Position numbers and translations under genes: made by a program. A stretch of DNA of 64,000 nucleotides from assembly GCA_965248925.1 (NCBI GenBank), contig CBDFLE010000006.1, positions 4,640,001 to 4,704,000 of the forward strand, written 5' to 3'. A model generated the notes under the pieces. That model was given only the letters and a program-made list of their open reading frames with translations, had not been told where the DNA came from and ran no database searches. The first letter of the stretch is position 1. Every line of letters starts with the position of its first letter. The DNA comes from Candidatus Multivoradales bacterium (GTDB lineage Bacteria > Acidobacteriota > Thermoanaerobaculia > Multivoradales > J023). Shown piece after piece: positions 9,814 through 20,474 of the stretch.

Positions 9814-11578
9814 TTCTGCGTCCGAGCAAGATCAGGTTCCCCTCTCGCTGGACCTCGATCCAGCGGATCGCGCCAGCGATCGGCTGCTGGCGAGGCTGGG
9901 ATTCCTCGATGATGCGGCGCCGATCTTCGGAGCGGCGACCCAGCTACCGGGCGCCGGTGCTCTGCTGGCGATTCCCGCCCTGGTGGACAGCGGCGTGCTC
10001 TCCATCGCGCAGGAGCTGTACGGCAGCATCGGGCCGGCCTTCTATGGGCTGCGCACCACTCTGGTAACCCTGCTGCTGATGGCACTGTTGCGGGTCAAGC
10101 GACCCGAAGGGCTCAAGGAGCGCTCACCCCGGCATTTGGGTCAGCTTCTCGGGCTCGACCGAGCGCCGGAAGTGAAAACCTTGCGCAACAAGCTCGCTCG
10201 GCTGGCCGCGCATGGCCTGGCCGCGGATCTCGGTCGCGCCCTCGCTCAGCGCCGGGTCGCCACCAGGGGCCATGCCATGGGCTTCCTCTACGTGGACGGG
10301 CATGTGCGCGCCTACCACGGTGGCCGAGAGATTCCCAAGACACACGTAGCGCGGATGCGGATCGCGATGCCGGCCACCACCGACTACTGGGTCAACGATG
10401 CTGAGAGCGAGCCTCTCTTCGTGGTCCCCACCGAGGCCAACAAGGGGCTTGCGACGATGCTTCCCCTCATTCTCGAAGAGGTACGAAAGCTACTCGGAGA
10501 CCGGCGAGTCACCGTCGTCTTCGACCGTGGGGGTTGGAGCCCGAAGCTGTTTGCGAAGCTCATCGCCAAGAAGTTCGACATCCTCACATACCGAAAGGCC
10601 CCCTTTCGTCCGGTGCCGTTGAGCAAGTTCGGGCAGATCAAGGACACGATCCACGGGCGGAAGCTCGAGTACCTCCTCGCCGATCAGCGTATCTACCTCG
10701 AGTATGGCCCGAGGAAGAAGCGCAAGCGGCTGTACCTGCGCCAGGTCACCCGCCTCTGCGACAACGGCCACCAGACGTCCATCATCACCTCCCGCCGCGA
10801 CCTCTCCACACTCGAGGTCGCCTACCGCATGTTCGATCGTTGGAGGCAAGAGAACTTCTTCAAATACCTGCGCGAAGAATTCGCACTCGATGCCCTGGTG
10901 GACTATGGCACCGAGCCAGCGGACGCTGCCCGCGATGTGCCGAATCCCGAGCGCGGCAAGATCAATGCAGAGCTGCGCAAAGCTCACGCACATCTCGAGC
11001 AGCTCCGGGCCCACATCGGGATCGCTGCTCTTGAAAACCGCGAGGATCGGCGGCGCACGATGCGCGGATTCAAGATCGCCAACGCCGCCATCTCCGCCAG
11101 GGTCCGGGCAGCGATAGAGCAGATCACCGAACTCGAGAACCAGCGCGCGACCCTCCCCGTCCGCGTCCCCGTCCAAGAGGTCGTCGAAGCGGATGTCATC
11201 AAGCTGTCCGTCGAGCGCAAGCACCTCACCGATATTCTCAAGATGGTCGCCTACCAGGCCGAAGGTGATCTTCTCCGGCTCCTATCACCCCACTACCGCC
11301 GCACCGAGCAGGAGGGACGCACCCTGATCCAAAGCGCTTTCGCGGCCGGCGGCGATATGGAGGTTACCGACACCGTGCTGCTCCTTTCCATCGACCCGCT
11401 CAGCTCTCCCCACAAGACGGCGGCGATCGCCGCCGTCTGCGAAGAACTCAACGCTACCGCCACCCACTTCCCCGGCACCGAGCTACGGATGCGGTTCGCG
11501 ATCAAGAAGGCGCCACCCCGGAGCCTGGCCTTCCCAGGGCCTCGGAACACCTCCGGAGAGGCTCAACCGGACATTTGA
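9185..11578 (+). CDS. Large putative DDE transposase (797 aa) with tandem N-terminal HTH domains
   Basis: YVDGH, VFDRGG, RWRQENFFK (IS4/IS1380-like DDE spacing); HTH-like QREVALAFACDVRTV and SNREIGRRLGIDEKAV. Confidence 0.82.
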   Translation: MALTSEHTVLFPDHAGVPDGVVVINDRCRLQQRGGYRVVVVSGMPLAHFAAGDRTGEAHAMVSLVELGWAQQREVALAFACDVRTVRRNQRRFEEGGLAALGRPRGFPRGQSRVAQGRLDAVNGWKAEGVSNREIGRRLGIDEKAVRKLAKRLGWKERSVVQMTMPFESADPKLSASDEQQVDGPLKTADLALDAEGGGDPAAADPKLSASASEQDQVPLSLDLDPADRASDRLLARLGFLDDAAPIFGAATQLPGAGALLAIPALVDSGVLSIAQELYGSIGPAFYGLRTTLVTLLLMALLRVKRPEGLKERSPRHLGQLLGLDRAPEVKTLRNKLARLAAHGLAADLGRALAQRRVATRGHAMGFLYVDGHVRAYHGGREIPKTHVARMRIAMPATTDYWVNDAESEPLFVVPTEANKGLATMLPLILEEVRKLLGDRRVTVVFDRGGWSPKLFAKLIAKKFDILTYRKAPFRPVPLSKFGQIKDTIHGRKLEYLLADQRIYLEYGPRKKRKRLYLRQVTRLCDNGHQTSIITSRRDLSTLEVAYRMFDRWRQENFFKYLREEFALDALVDYGTEPADAARDVPNPERGKINAELRKAHAHLEQLRAHIGIAALENREDRRRTMRGFKIANAAISARVRAAIEQITELENQRATLPVRVPVQEVVEADVIKLSVERKHLTDILKMVAYQAEGDLLRLLSPHYRRTEQEGRTLIQSAFAAGGDMEVTDTVLLLSIDPLSSPHKTAAIAAVCEELNATATHFPGTELRMRFAIKKAPPRSLAFPGPRNTSGEAQPDI

Positions 11579-11805
11579 GAAAAAGGGTATGTCAGGAGTT
11601 CTGGATTCAGTGCCCCATACATCGTCGCTGCGCGAGCCAGTGCAAGCCGCTCTCCTCTCTTTCGCATTCACCCGACAGAGTCTTTCAATTTTCCCGAGAC
11701 GATTAAGAGTAAAGAACGCATTGCCCTCAGCAGTAACGAAGAAATTATAGATAATTGTCCCCGGCGAAATTCGAACTGGCCATCTCCTGATAGACATGGT
11801 CCTAG

Positions 11806-13302
11806 CAGCCCGTGGTGAAAGTCCCGATTACGGCCGTCTTGGCGATCTTCCCTGGTAGAATCTTTCCACCCGAGGGAGGTAGCGACCATGGCGATGGGCA
11901 GGCGAAGCAAACGAAGACAGCGGCAGCTCTGGGTGGAAACCCAGGCGCTGGCCAAGTCCCCAGGACATCCTTTCTACGAGCGTCTGTCCAAGATTCTCGA
12001 CAAGCACGGTTTCGATCGCTTTATCGAGGAGCAGTGCGCGAGGTTTTACGCTACGAGGATGGGACGGCCTTCGCTGGCGCCCGCGGTGTATTTTCGGTTG
12101 CTGTTGATCGGCTTCTTCGAGGGTATCGACTCTGAGCGAGGTATCGCATGGCGGCTTGCGGATTCGATGACTCTGCGCGACTTTCTGGGCTTCGAACTCT
12201 CGGACCAGACCCCGGACCATTCGACGCTCTCTCGGACCCGTCGCCTGATCGATCTCGAGACCCATGAGGCGGTGTTTGCTTGGGCTTTGCAAGTACTGGC
12301 GAAGGCTGGCTTGCTCCGGGGAAAGACGCTGGGCATCGATGCGACGACCCTCGAGGCGAACGCGGCGATGCGCAGCATCGTGCGTCGAGACTCGGGCGAG
12401 AGCTACGAAGAGTTTCTCACGCGCCTGGCCGAGGCTTCGGGTGTGGAGACCCCGACGCGAGCGGATCTGGCGCGTTTTGACCGCCAAAGGAAGAACAAAA
12501 AGACGTCGAACGGCGACTGGAAGAACCCCCACGATCCCGACGCCAAAGTCACGCGAATGAAGGATGGGCGGACGCATCTGGCGCACAAAGCCGAGCATGC
12601 GGTGGATATGGAGACGGGTGCGGTTGTGGCGGTGACAGTGCAACCTGCAGACCGAGGGGACACGTCGAGCCTATTGCGGACGTTGGATGAAGTCGCTGCG
12701 GTGCTGGAAGATGTCGTTGAGGATTCGGAGGCTGGCGATCACTTGAGCGAGAAAGTCCGTTCAGAGCTGGTGGCTGACAAGGGCTATCACAGTAACGCGG
12801 TCATGAAGGCACAGCGTCAAGGGAAGATTCGAACCTATATTTCGGAACCGGATCGAGGCCGACGCAACTGGTGCGGCAAAGAGGCGGAGAAGCAAGCGGT
12901 GTATGCCAACCGTCGACGGATCAAGGGTCGTCGAGGCCGCGAGCTGTCGCGGCGTCGAGGAGAGAAAGTAGAACGCACCTTTGCCCATTGCTACGAGACT
13001 GGCGGTATGAGAAGGACCCACCTTCGAGGTCACGACAACATCCGCAAAAGGTTGCTGATTCACATCGCGGGATTCAATCTTGGGCTGCTGCTTCGTCAAA
13101 TGTATGGAGCCGGCACTCCACGGGCCCTTCAGGGCTTTCTTTCGGCTCTCGAACAGGGCTTTCGCGCCGTATATAGCTTGCTGAGCTGGCTTCTGCCGCA
13201 CGAGAGCGGATATTGGCCACTAAGATCTTCGATCAGACCACCTGCGCCGGCTGGCCTCAATTTAGGCCACATTTTGTAGAAACGGACTTCTGCCACGGGC
13301 TG
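11806..13302 (+). mobile_element. IS5/IS1182-like insertion sequence
   Basis: TIRs CAGCCCGTGGTGAAAGTCC and CAGCCCGTGGCAGAAGTCC (reverse complement); CTAG duplication at 11802-11805 and 13303-13306. Confidence 0.88.
11888..13279 (+). CDS. IS5/IS1182-type transposase (463 aa)
   Basis: GRPS, PDHSTLSR, IDAT, ADKGY and VERTF motifs; GGAGG RBS. Confidence 0.88.
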   Translation: MAMGRRSKRRQRQLWVETQALAKSPGHPFYERLSKILDKHGFDRFIEEQCARFYATRMGRPSLAPAVYFRLLLIGFFEGIDSERGIAWRLADSMTLRDFLGFELSDQTPDHSTLSRTRRLIDLETHEAVFAWALQVLAKAGLLRGKTLGIDATTLEANAAMRSIVRRDSGESYEEFLTRLAEASGVETPTRADLARFDRQRKNKKTSNGDWKNPHDPDAKVTRMKDGRTHLAHKAEHAVDMETGAVVAVTVQPADRGDTSSLLRTLDEVAAVLEDVVEDSEAGDHLSEKVRSELVADKGYHSNAVMKAQRQGKIRTYISEPDRGRRNWCGKEAEKQAVYANRRRIKGRRGRELSRRRGEKVERTFAHCYETGGMRRTHLRGHDNIRKRLLIHIAGFNLGLLLRQMYGAGTPRALQGFLSALEQGFRAVYSLLSWLLPHESGYWPLRSSIRPPAPAGLNLGHIL

Positions 13303-13623
13303 CTAGGGTCGAGCCGGGTGACCGTCTCCTTTTTGCCCACGAACCAGAGGCCAACGTCCGTCCACCTAGGCAGTCTCCCCCTGCCATCGAACACCGTCTT
13401 GCCAGTGAGACAATTTCGCACTACAAGGGCTGGATAGTCTCTAGACCCGACCACCAGTCCGGATGCGTTCTCGTCTGGCTCAAATGCGCCCCAAACGAGG
13501 TCAACCGATAGCGAGAGATTCTTGATATCGTCCAGGTCCGACGAGCATACCTGGGGGCGGGCAGGCTGTGAGAGCAGCAACAAGTACAACAATAGTGCCA
13601 CTAAAGTCTTCATGGCTCGCATC

Positions 13624-15272
13624 CTAAGGTTTGTGAGCTTTTATGTTTTTAATAAGATGATGTTGCGGCACTATTCTTACGTTCACCGGCTTCAGGCCAC
13701 CGTAACCTCTCAAGGAAATATAGTTCGCAAGGTTTTGCGCTCTCGCGTATCCGGTGATATCCCCTGCCATCCCCTTCTGTCCGCCCTGGCGCTGCATTTT
13801 GGTGGAAACGTCTATCGCCGCCTGAAAGCCTCTGGCTTCGTCATAAAGATCTAGTGCAAACGGTATCCATGCCCCTTTGTGGTGTATGAAACCAAACTCG
13901 CCCCCAAGATAGTCGACGGCGTGCTGTGTTTCATGGGCAAGGTTCTGATCTATAGTGAAACTACTCGGAGAGCTAAGAAGGGTAATCACGAAAGTGTCTC
14001 CCTTTCCAGAATAGCTGAATAAGCCCTCGGCCGTGGAACTCCTTGATTTGACTTTTCCAAATTTAACAACAAACTCTTCTGTGGCAGCCTCTAATTTGCC
14101 AAGAGAAACCCCGAACGACTTATTAAACTTCGCCAGCCTTCTAGCCTTGTTCTCAAGCTTCTTGTTTGCGAACTTCACGACCGCGCCAGTTGGGTCAATG
14201 TAGCTCAATGGGTTGTTGAGGGCATATGCGAACCGGTTCCAGAGTTGCGGTTTGGCTGCAGCAATCTCAAGTGGCAGAACTGGATCAACACTCAAGAACT
14301 TCCCCAGCTGCGGACTGCAATGCCGAGCATGCATGTAGTCCAAATCATAGGTCCCGCCAGCAAAGTCCCGCTCATGGCCGGTAAACCTGAGCTGTTCTGA
14401 ATCAAAGGCGGTACCCACCTCCTCGCCATAGGGGTAGTAATTGTGGCTGAAGATCGGCGTGCCGTTGCGATCGGTGGTCAGCCGAGCACTGCCCAGGTGG
14501 TCGAGACTGAAGTGCTGCCGCGACCGAGGGCTAGCCAAGTGGGTGTCGGCGGCCAGCTGCTGGCCGCCTCTATAGACGTAATCCTTGAGGAAGGTCCAAG
14601 GATTGGTGCCTTTGGGATTCTGGAAGATCGACAGCACCTTGGCGTCGAGATCACGGACGGTCCAGGTCTCGACCAGGCTCTCGAAGGAGCCCTGCCAGTG
14701 GAAAGTCCACAGGCGCTCTTCGTCGGCGGTGTAGATGTAGGTGTCTTCGGGGTAGTTGCGGGTGCTCATCATGCCCAAAGCATCGTAGGAGTAAAGCTGC
14801 GAGCCCCAGGAGAGGATGTTGCCGCGACCGTCATATACTACCGCGCCGCTGAGCCGGTTGGTGGCGCGGTTGGTGGCCAGGGTGCGGCCGTTGACGCCGG
14901 TGATGCCGGTTAGATTGCCGAACGGATCGTATTGATAGCCTTGGTCGCCGGAGGAATCTTCGAAGACCTTGATTCGGTTCAAGCCGTCGTAGGTGTAATG
15001 ATCGTCGAAGACGCCGGCAAAGCGGCGGCGGACCAGGTTTCCGGATCCATCGTAACTATGATCACCCAAGCTGGTGGCTACCGTGCCGGTAACACTGATC
15101 CTGCTCGGCCGGGGTCGGCCTAGATCTTCGTCCCAAACATCGGTGAGGCCATTGCTATGCACGACGTTGGCGATCATACCGCTTGGATGGTAGGTCAGCG
15201 AACTAGCGTAGCCCGACACCGCCACCAGGTAACCCTGGGCGTGGGTGAAGCTGCGGTTGGGCGAGGGCGCTG
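13624..15272 (-). pseudogene. Orphan Rhs cassette 2: truncated core plus HExxH metallopeptidase toxin tip
   Basis: Core near-identical to 16600-17570; NNPLSYIDPTG, then AT-richer tip with LAHETQH...DEARG; no credible start. Confidence 0.88.
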
Positions 15273-15491
15273 GTCCGTTAGGTAGGTCGCAAAACATTGC
15301 GCATTCTTGACAACAGCCTACCGAAGAACTCGCCGACCGCTGCAGCGCCGTTGAAGTCGCTCATCAGTGACAAATTTACGCTAAACATCGTATCAGACTC
15401 AATCCTGAAACTCTTGAGTTGATGACAGATGTCAACTTGCCGCCGCCCTGCTTGCTCTGATTCGGCATGAGCCGAGCGGCGGCGCGAAGCC

Positions 15492-15935
15492 CTAATAAGC
15501 TCGGTCGTCCAGAAACTGCTGTAAGCCACAGATCTTAGCGAAGTGCATGTCGAGTTCCTCGACCAGCGACTGCTCTTCCGGGGAAAGCCGTTCAGGATAC
15601 AAAGTGCTTTCGCCGCCGTCAAAAGAGAAACCCAATTGCTCAACATCAGCCACTGAAGGGTCAGTGTTGTCCCATAGAGCAGCACCACGGGCTCGTTCTA
15701 GAACCATCAAAACGCGCTCAATTTCAACTTTACCCTGCGTCTTTATCCCGCCTCTTTGGCAAGAACAATGCCCATCGCTGCCAATCTTCAAGACTGTGAT
15801 TATTGGCGCGGGACCTGATGTCCAGTGAACCACCACGAGCGCTGGTCCGGAGAACAGGGACGCCAAGGAGCACCCAAGAACGAAGAGAACGGCCGCTGGT
15901 GCCGTCCAAAACAACAGTTTTCTAGCGCGTAACAT
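15492..15935 (-). CDS. Putative immunity protein for Rhs toxin 3 (exported, possible lipoprotein)
   Basis: Start overlaps toxin stop (15922); hydrophobic leader ending VLGC; AT-richer. Confidence 0.7.
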   Translation of the reverse strand: MLRARKLLFWTAPAAVLFVLGCSLASLFSGPALVVVHWTSGPAPIITVLKIGSDGHCSCQRGGIKTQGKVEIERVLMVLERARGAALWDNTDPSVADVEQLGFSFDGGESTLYPERLSPEEQSLVEELDMHFAKICGLQQFLDDRAY

Positions 15936-18900
15936 AAATAGGCCCTTTGCTAAACGGCAAGTAAGGCTTTCCTGTCTGATCAGTCGCACCACCATATTGA
16001 CCTCTCATTTCCAGACCGAGTTGTTTGCGAATTTTGTTCATTTTGACTACCGTAGGACCCTTCGCTGAGGGGTACCTGGAGGTCAATGAACGCGGCGGGT
16101 CTTTCAGGCCTAAGAAGGAGTGTGCTAGTTCGTGCAGAAAGATCATTCCTGCGTCAAAAGTAGCAGGTGAATTATTGCCATAGTTGATTTTTGCGATATC
16201 GCCATAGTCCAAAAATATCAGGTTGCCTACGCTTTTCCCCATATTGGTAGCCGTCGACCCGTTTCTCGGCAGCGCTGAAAACACAGTGCTGCTATTGATC
16301 GCATCAGAGACAAAATCGGCCGCCAACGCACTGCCTTGGGAAGACCCGTCTGCGCCGGTGAGAGCCCCCCCTGAGACAAGTGACCCCTCGTCCGTCAGGC
16401 TAAGATCGAGCCCTGTTTTCTCCCTGAGCTGTTCCACAAGCTCTGTTTTCTGTTCGTCAGTGAGACTCGCAAGAGAGATCTTGCGACCGTCTCGGTCAAC
16501 GAATCGGAGTGGATTGTTCAACCCGTAGGTGAATGCATTCCAGGTTTGTGGTAGTCCTCTGTCGACATTCGCGGCCTCGGGGTCGACACTCATGAACCTG
16601 CCCAAATGCGGACTGTTATGCCGAGCATGCATGTAGTCGAGGTCAAAAGTCCCGCCAGCAAAATCTCGCTCGTGCCCAGTAAACCTGAGCTGCTCGGAGT
16701 CGAAGGCGGCGCCCACCTCCTCGCCATACGGGTAGTAAGTGTGGCTGGCGATCGGCGCACCGTTGCGGTCGGTAGTCAGCCGCGAACTGCCCAGGTGGTC
16801 AAGGCTAAAGTGCTGTCGCGACCGGCGGCTCGTCAAGGCGGTGTCGGTGGCCAGCAGCTGGCCGCCGCGATAGACGTAATCGTTGAGGAAGGTCCAGGGA
16901 TTGGTGCCTTTGGGGTTCTCGAAGATCGACAGCACTTTGCCGTCAAGATCGCGGACGGTCCAGGTCTCGACCAGGCTTTCGAAGGAGCCCTGCCAGCGGA
17001 AGGTCCACAAGCGCTCTTCGTCTGCGGTGTAGATGTAGGTGTGCTCGGGATAGTTGCGGGTGCTCATCATGCCTAAAGCATCGTAGGAATAAAGCTGCGA
17101 CCCCCAGGCGAGGATGTTACCGCGACCGTCGTAGACCACCGCGCCGCTGAGCCGGTTCGTGGCTCGATTGACGGCCAAGGTGCGGCCGTTGACTCCGGTG
17201 ATGCCGGTCAGATTGCCGAACGGATCGTATTGATAGCCTTGGTCGCCGGAGGAATCTTCGAAGACCTTGATTCGGTTCAAGCCGTCGTAGGTGTAATGAT
17301 CGTCGAAGATGCCGGCAAAGCGGCGGCGGACCAGGTTTCCGGATCCGTCATAACTATGGTCACCCAAGCTGGCGGCTACCGTGCCGGTGACACTGATCCT
17401 GCTCGGCCGTGGCCGGCCTCGGTCTTCGTCCCAAACATCGGTGAGGCCGTTGGTGTGCACGACGTTGGCTATCATACCGCTTGGATGGTAGGTCAGTGAA
17501 CTGGCGTAGCCCGGCACCGCTACCAGGTAACCCTGGGCACGAATGAAACTGCGGTTGGGCGAGGGCGCTGTCACGTTGGGGCAATTTGGGATGCCGGAGC
17601 AGCGCGGGTAGCCCAGCTGGGTTACCTGGCCGAGGCCGTCGAAAATCCACGACTGGTTGAAGTCGGTCACTAGCGTACCGTTGACCTCGGCGCGGGTGCG
17701 CCTGCTTGAGACCCGGCCGTCGCGGCCCTTGTAGGTGTAGATCTCGGTGACTTTCGCGTCGAGCACCTTGCCGGGGAGGAGGGGGCTAAAGACGTAGTTA
17801 TGGCGCACCGCCTTCTCTAGCTTGCCTCGGCGTCGGTTGCTGCCCACGTTGGTGGTGGCGTAGGTCAGCTCTTTGAGCACCCTATTGCCGGCCGAGCCTT
17901 CGCGCATCAGGGTCAGTCGCTCGGCCCGATCAAAGGTGTAGGACAGGTCGACGCCGGCCTGCACCCGCCGGCGGGCCTTGCCGCGAGAATCGTGGTTGCT
18001 GTAAGTGATCTGCTGCGCCTCGGGGTGATTCTCGGAGAGGAGAAAGCCTCGGCCGTCGTACTCGAAGGTACGAATCTGGGTGGTACTTCCACCCTTCAGA
18101 TTAGCCTGCTTCAGCCGATCGCCGGAGTCGTAGAAGTAGGTCGCCAGCAGGCCGCCCGCGGGCTCGGACACCCGCACCAGCCGGCCGTAGCCGTCATAGA
18201 TCTCTTCGGTGGCAAACTGGGTTTGGTTCACGCTGCCGTTGCCAGCCACCGAGGTCCCCAGCCGCACCCAGCGCTTCAACCGCCGATCGCCAACGTAGGT
18301 CACTCTCACATCGTGGGTAGCGCCGTCTGGCGGCACGATCTTGGTCACCCGGCCAAAGGCGTCGTGGTCGAAATAAGTGCGGTGGACTGTGCCCGCGGGG
18401 CCGGTACCACTCGGACTCGCTCTGAGTCCAACCTTCGCCGCTGTAGGCGGTCACCCGTTTGGCCCACAGCCCGCTAGGTTGGCGCTGACGCTCTAAGATC
18501 AACCGTCCGATACCGTCGAAGCTTAGCTCGCGCTTGGCCAACGAGGCGGTGGTGTCGCGGTCGATCTGACGGATCTCGACCTTGGGGCCAGCCGAGTTGA
18601 AAGTGTTGGTGTAGGCGTAGAGCGTCCATGCGCCATGGCCGGCGGAGGGCTTGAATTCGGTTCGGCGGCCAAGAAGGTCATACTTGAGACCGGTGACTAT
18701 TCCAGAGCGGTCGGTGCTCGCACTGATCAGGCCGGTGTTCCGGTCCACCGTCTGGAGCACTTCGAAGAAGGGGAAGCGGCTGCCGTCGAGTTTCAAGTAT
18801 TGGCTTGAGCGGCCCGAGCCGTACTGCCATTTGTGCTCCAGGGCGACGTGGGTGGTGTTGTGCGCCGGATCCAGCGCGCAGACGTTGCCGGGCGCCGCCA

Positions 18901-19984
18901 CGGCGCCCGTATCACCGCCGAAATGGCGCACGACCACGGTTTCGATCTTGCTGCCGGGATCGCGGTCGTAGCTCATCGTGCGCACCACGTCGTCCGAGCT
19001 TGGCAAGGGGTTGGCCTTGCGCACCCGCTCGACTTTCAAGAAGCCGGTCGCCGGATCAAAGCAGGTGTCACGGCGCAAGGTGGCGCCGCCGGTGTCGACG
19101 GTGGTCTGGTACGAGTAGGTGCCGAGGATCCAGGCTTGGTTGGTGTTGGGCATGCCGCCGGGATGATATCGGGTGAACTGGTTGCGCGTCTTCACCCCGT
19201 CGAAGTTGTCCTTGCGCACAGTGCGCCGATAGTGGCCCACGCCGTCATAGCCCGACATGCGGTCCTCGGTGTACCGGTTGCCATCGTCCTTGTAGATCGT
19301 GCGGGTGACGAACTTTCGTTGATTACGGTCACGCGCCGCGGGGGCGAGCTGACCACGGACCTGCTCATCCCTCACTGGCGCGTGGGCATCGCGTTTATAG
19401 CCGACCTCGACCCGGCGGAGGTCGGTGCCGCCGGCCGACAGTACCCGCCGTGACAGGCGCCGCTCACCCACCGGGTTCTTCGGTGTGAAGGGCAGCCCCA
19501 GATCGAGTTCGTTGGCAGTGGCGACGCTGGTGGTGCCCCCCTGGTAGGTCGAGAAAAAGTGGATCGTCCGCTGACCCGAGGGTGCCCGGACCGTGGTGAT
19601 CGACTCGACCGCCGGATTGCCACTCTCCGAGGTTACCGCCTGGCTGTAAGTCCACTTGCCCAACTCGCCGTCATCGGTGTTGATCAGGCGCCGCAAGCTG
19701 ACCCCTGAGGAGAGCTGAAACTGAAGCCGCGGACGGCCCGGACCGGTCAGCGGTTCGCCGTTGGTGTAGAACTTGTAGTCCTCGTACGCCCAGGCCACCA
19801 GGCCACCAGTGGGCTCGGCTACCCCCACCAGCCGGCCGTAGCCATCGTAGATCTCCTCGGTGTCAAACTGGCTTTGGTTGACGCTGCCGTTGCCAGCCAC
19901 CGAGGTGCCCACCCTTCTCCGGCGCACCACCCGCCGGTCGCCGACGTAGGTCACCCGCACATCGTGGGTATCGCCATCTGGCGG
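15922..19984 (-). pseudogene. Rhs/YD-repeat protein 3 with M91/NleD-like HExxH toxin tip; frameshifted and lacking an N-terminus
   Basis: ORFs 18194-19960 and 15922-18348 join if one G is removed from GGGG 18397-18400; YD repeats, NNPLRFVDRDG, FLHELAH...MNKIRKQLGLEMRGQY. Confidence 0.85.
19795..19984 (-). repeat. About 190-bp diverged copy of 18143-18333 at the 5' end of Rhs 3
   Basis: Both encode PDGxTHDVRVTYVGDRR...GTSVAGNGSVNQ...EEIYDGYGRLV. Confidence 0.85.
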
Positions 19985-20038
19985 GGGCAGCGGCCGAGCA
20001 AGAAGTGCCCGACCGCTTGCGTCGCGTCTGCTAGAGAA

Positions 20039-20458
20039 TCAGAAAAACGGATCCAAACACGGCTCTCTGCAGCTGCTGAAATCAGAGTCCGAGAAGATCG
20101 GCAACAGCCCACCTCCAATCGTCGCAAATGTCTCGCAGCTGGCCCGAACCGGGCATGGAACGCCCTCGTGAGAATTGTTCAGGATCGCTCTGTTTCCTCC
20201 CGATACACAACAAAAGCCAATATTTCTAGTGACGTGGGGAAGACAGTTGAACAGGTCATGGCTGGTCTGCCACCTAATCCCTTCATTCGCCCAGCTCGGT
20301 GAATCGACTTTAGAGACAACTACGGTGTAAATAAACTGTACCTGAACTGAAAGGGAGCAGCTGGGGGCCATTACATGGGCCGCAACTGAGATTTCGATAG
20401 CGTGGGAGACGGCAGGAAGGCAGAGAGCCAACAGGGAAGCGATTAGCATCTTACGCAT
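20039..20458 (-). CDS. Secreted Cys-rich hypothetical protein (139 aa)
   Basis: Signal peptide MRKMLIASLLALCLPAVSHA; GGAG RBS. Confidence 0.7.
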   Translation of the reverse strand: MRKMLIASLLALCLPAVSHAIEISVAAHVMAPSCSLSVQVQFIYTVVVSKVDSPSWANEGIRWQTSHDLFNCLPHVTRNIGFCCVSGGNRAILNNSHEGVPCPVRASCETFATIGGGLLPIFSDSDFSSCREPCLDPFF

Positions 20459-20474
20459 TAGTATTCTCCTTGCC

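Larger units (their letters stand above)
9075..11603 (+). mobile_element. Insertion sequence of uncertain family
   Basis: TIRs CAGACCTCCTGACCTACCC and CAGAACTCCTGACATACCC (reverse complement); 5-bp duplication GATTC at 9070-9074 and 11604-11608. Confidence 0.88.
8556..13622 (-). pseudogene. Putative immunity protein for Rhs toxin 2 (about 343 aa, signal peptide), split into three by two IS elements
   Basis: Segments 13622-13303, 11801-11604 and 9069-8556 join in frame (1032 nt); directly downstream of the toxin stop at 13624; MKTLVALLLYLLLLSQPARP leader. Confidence 0.82.
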
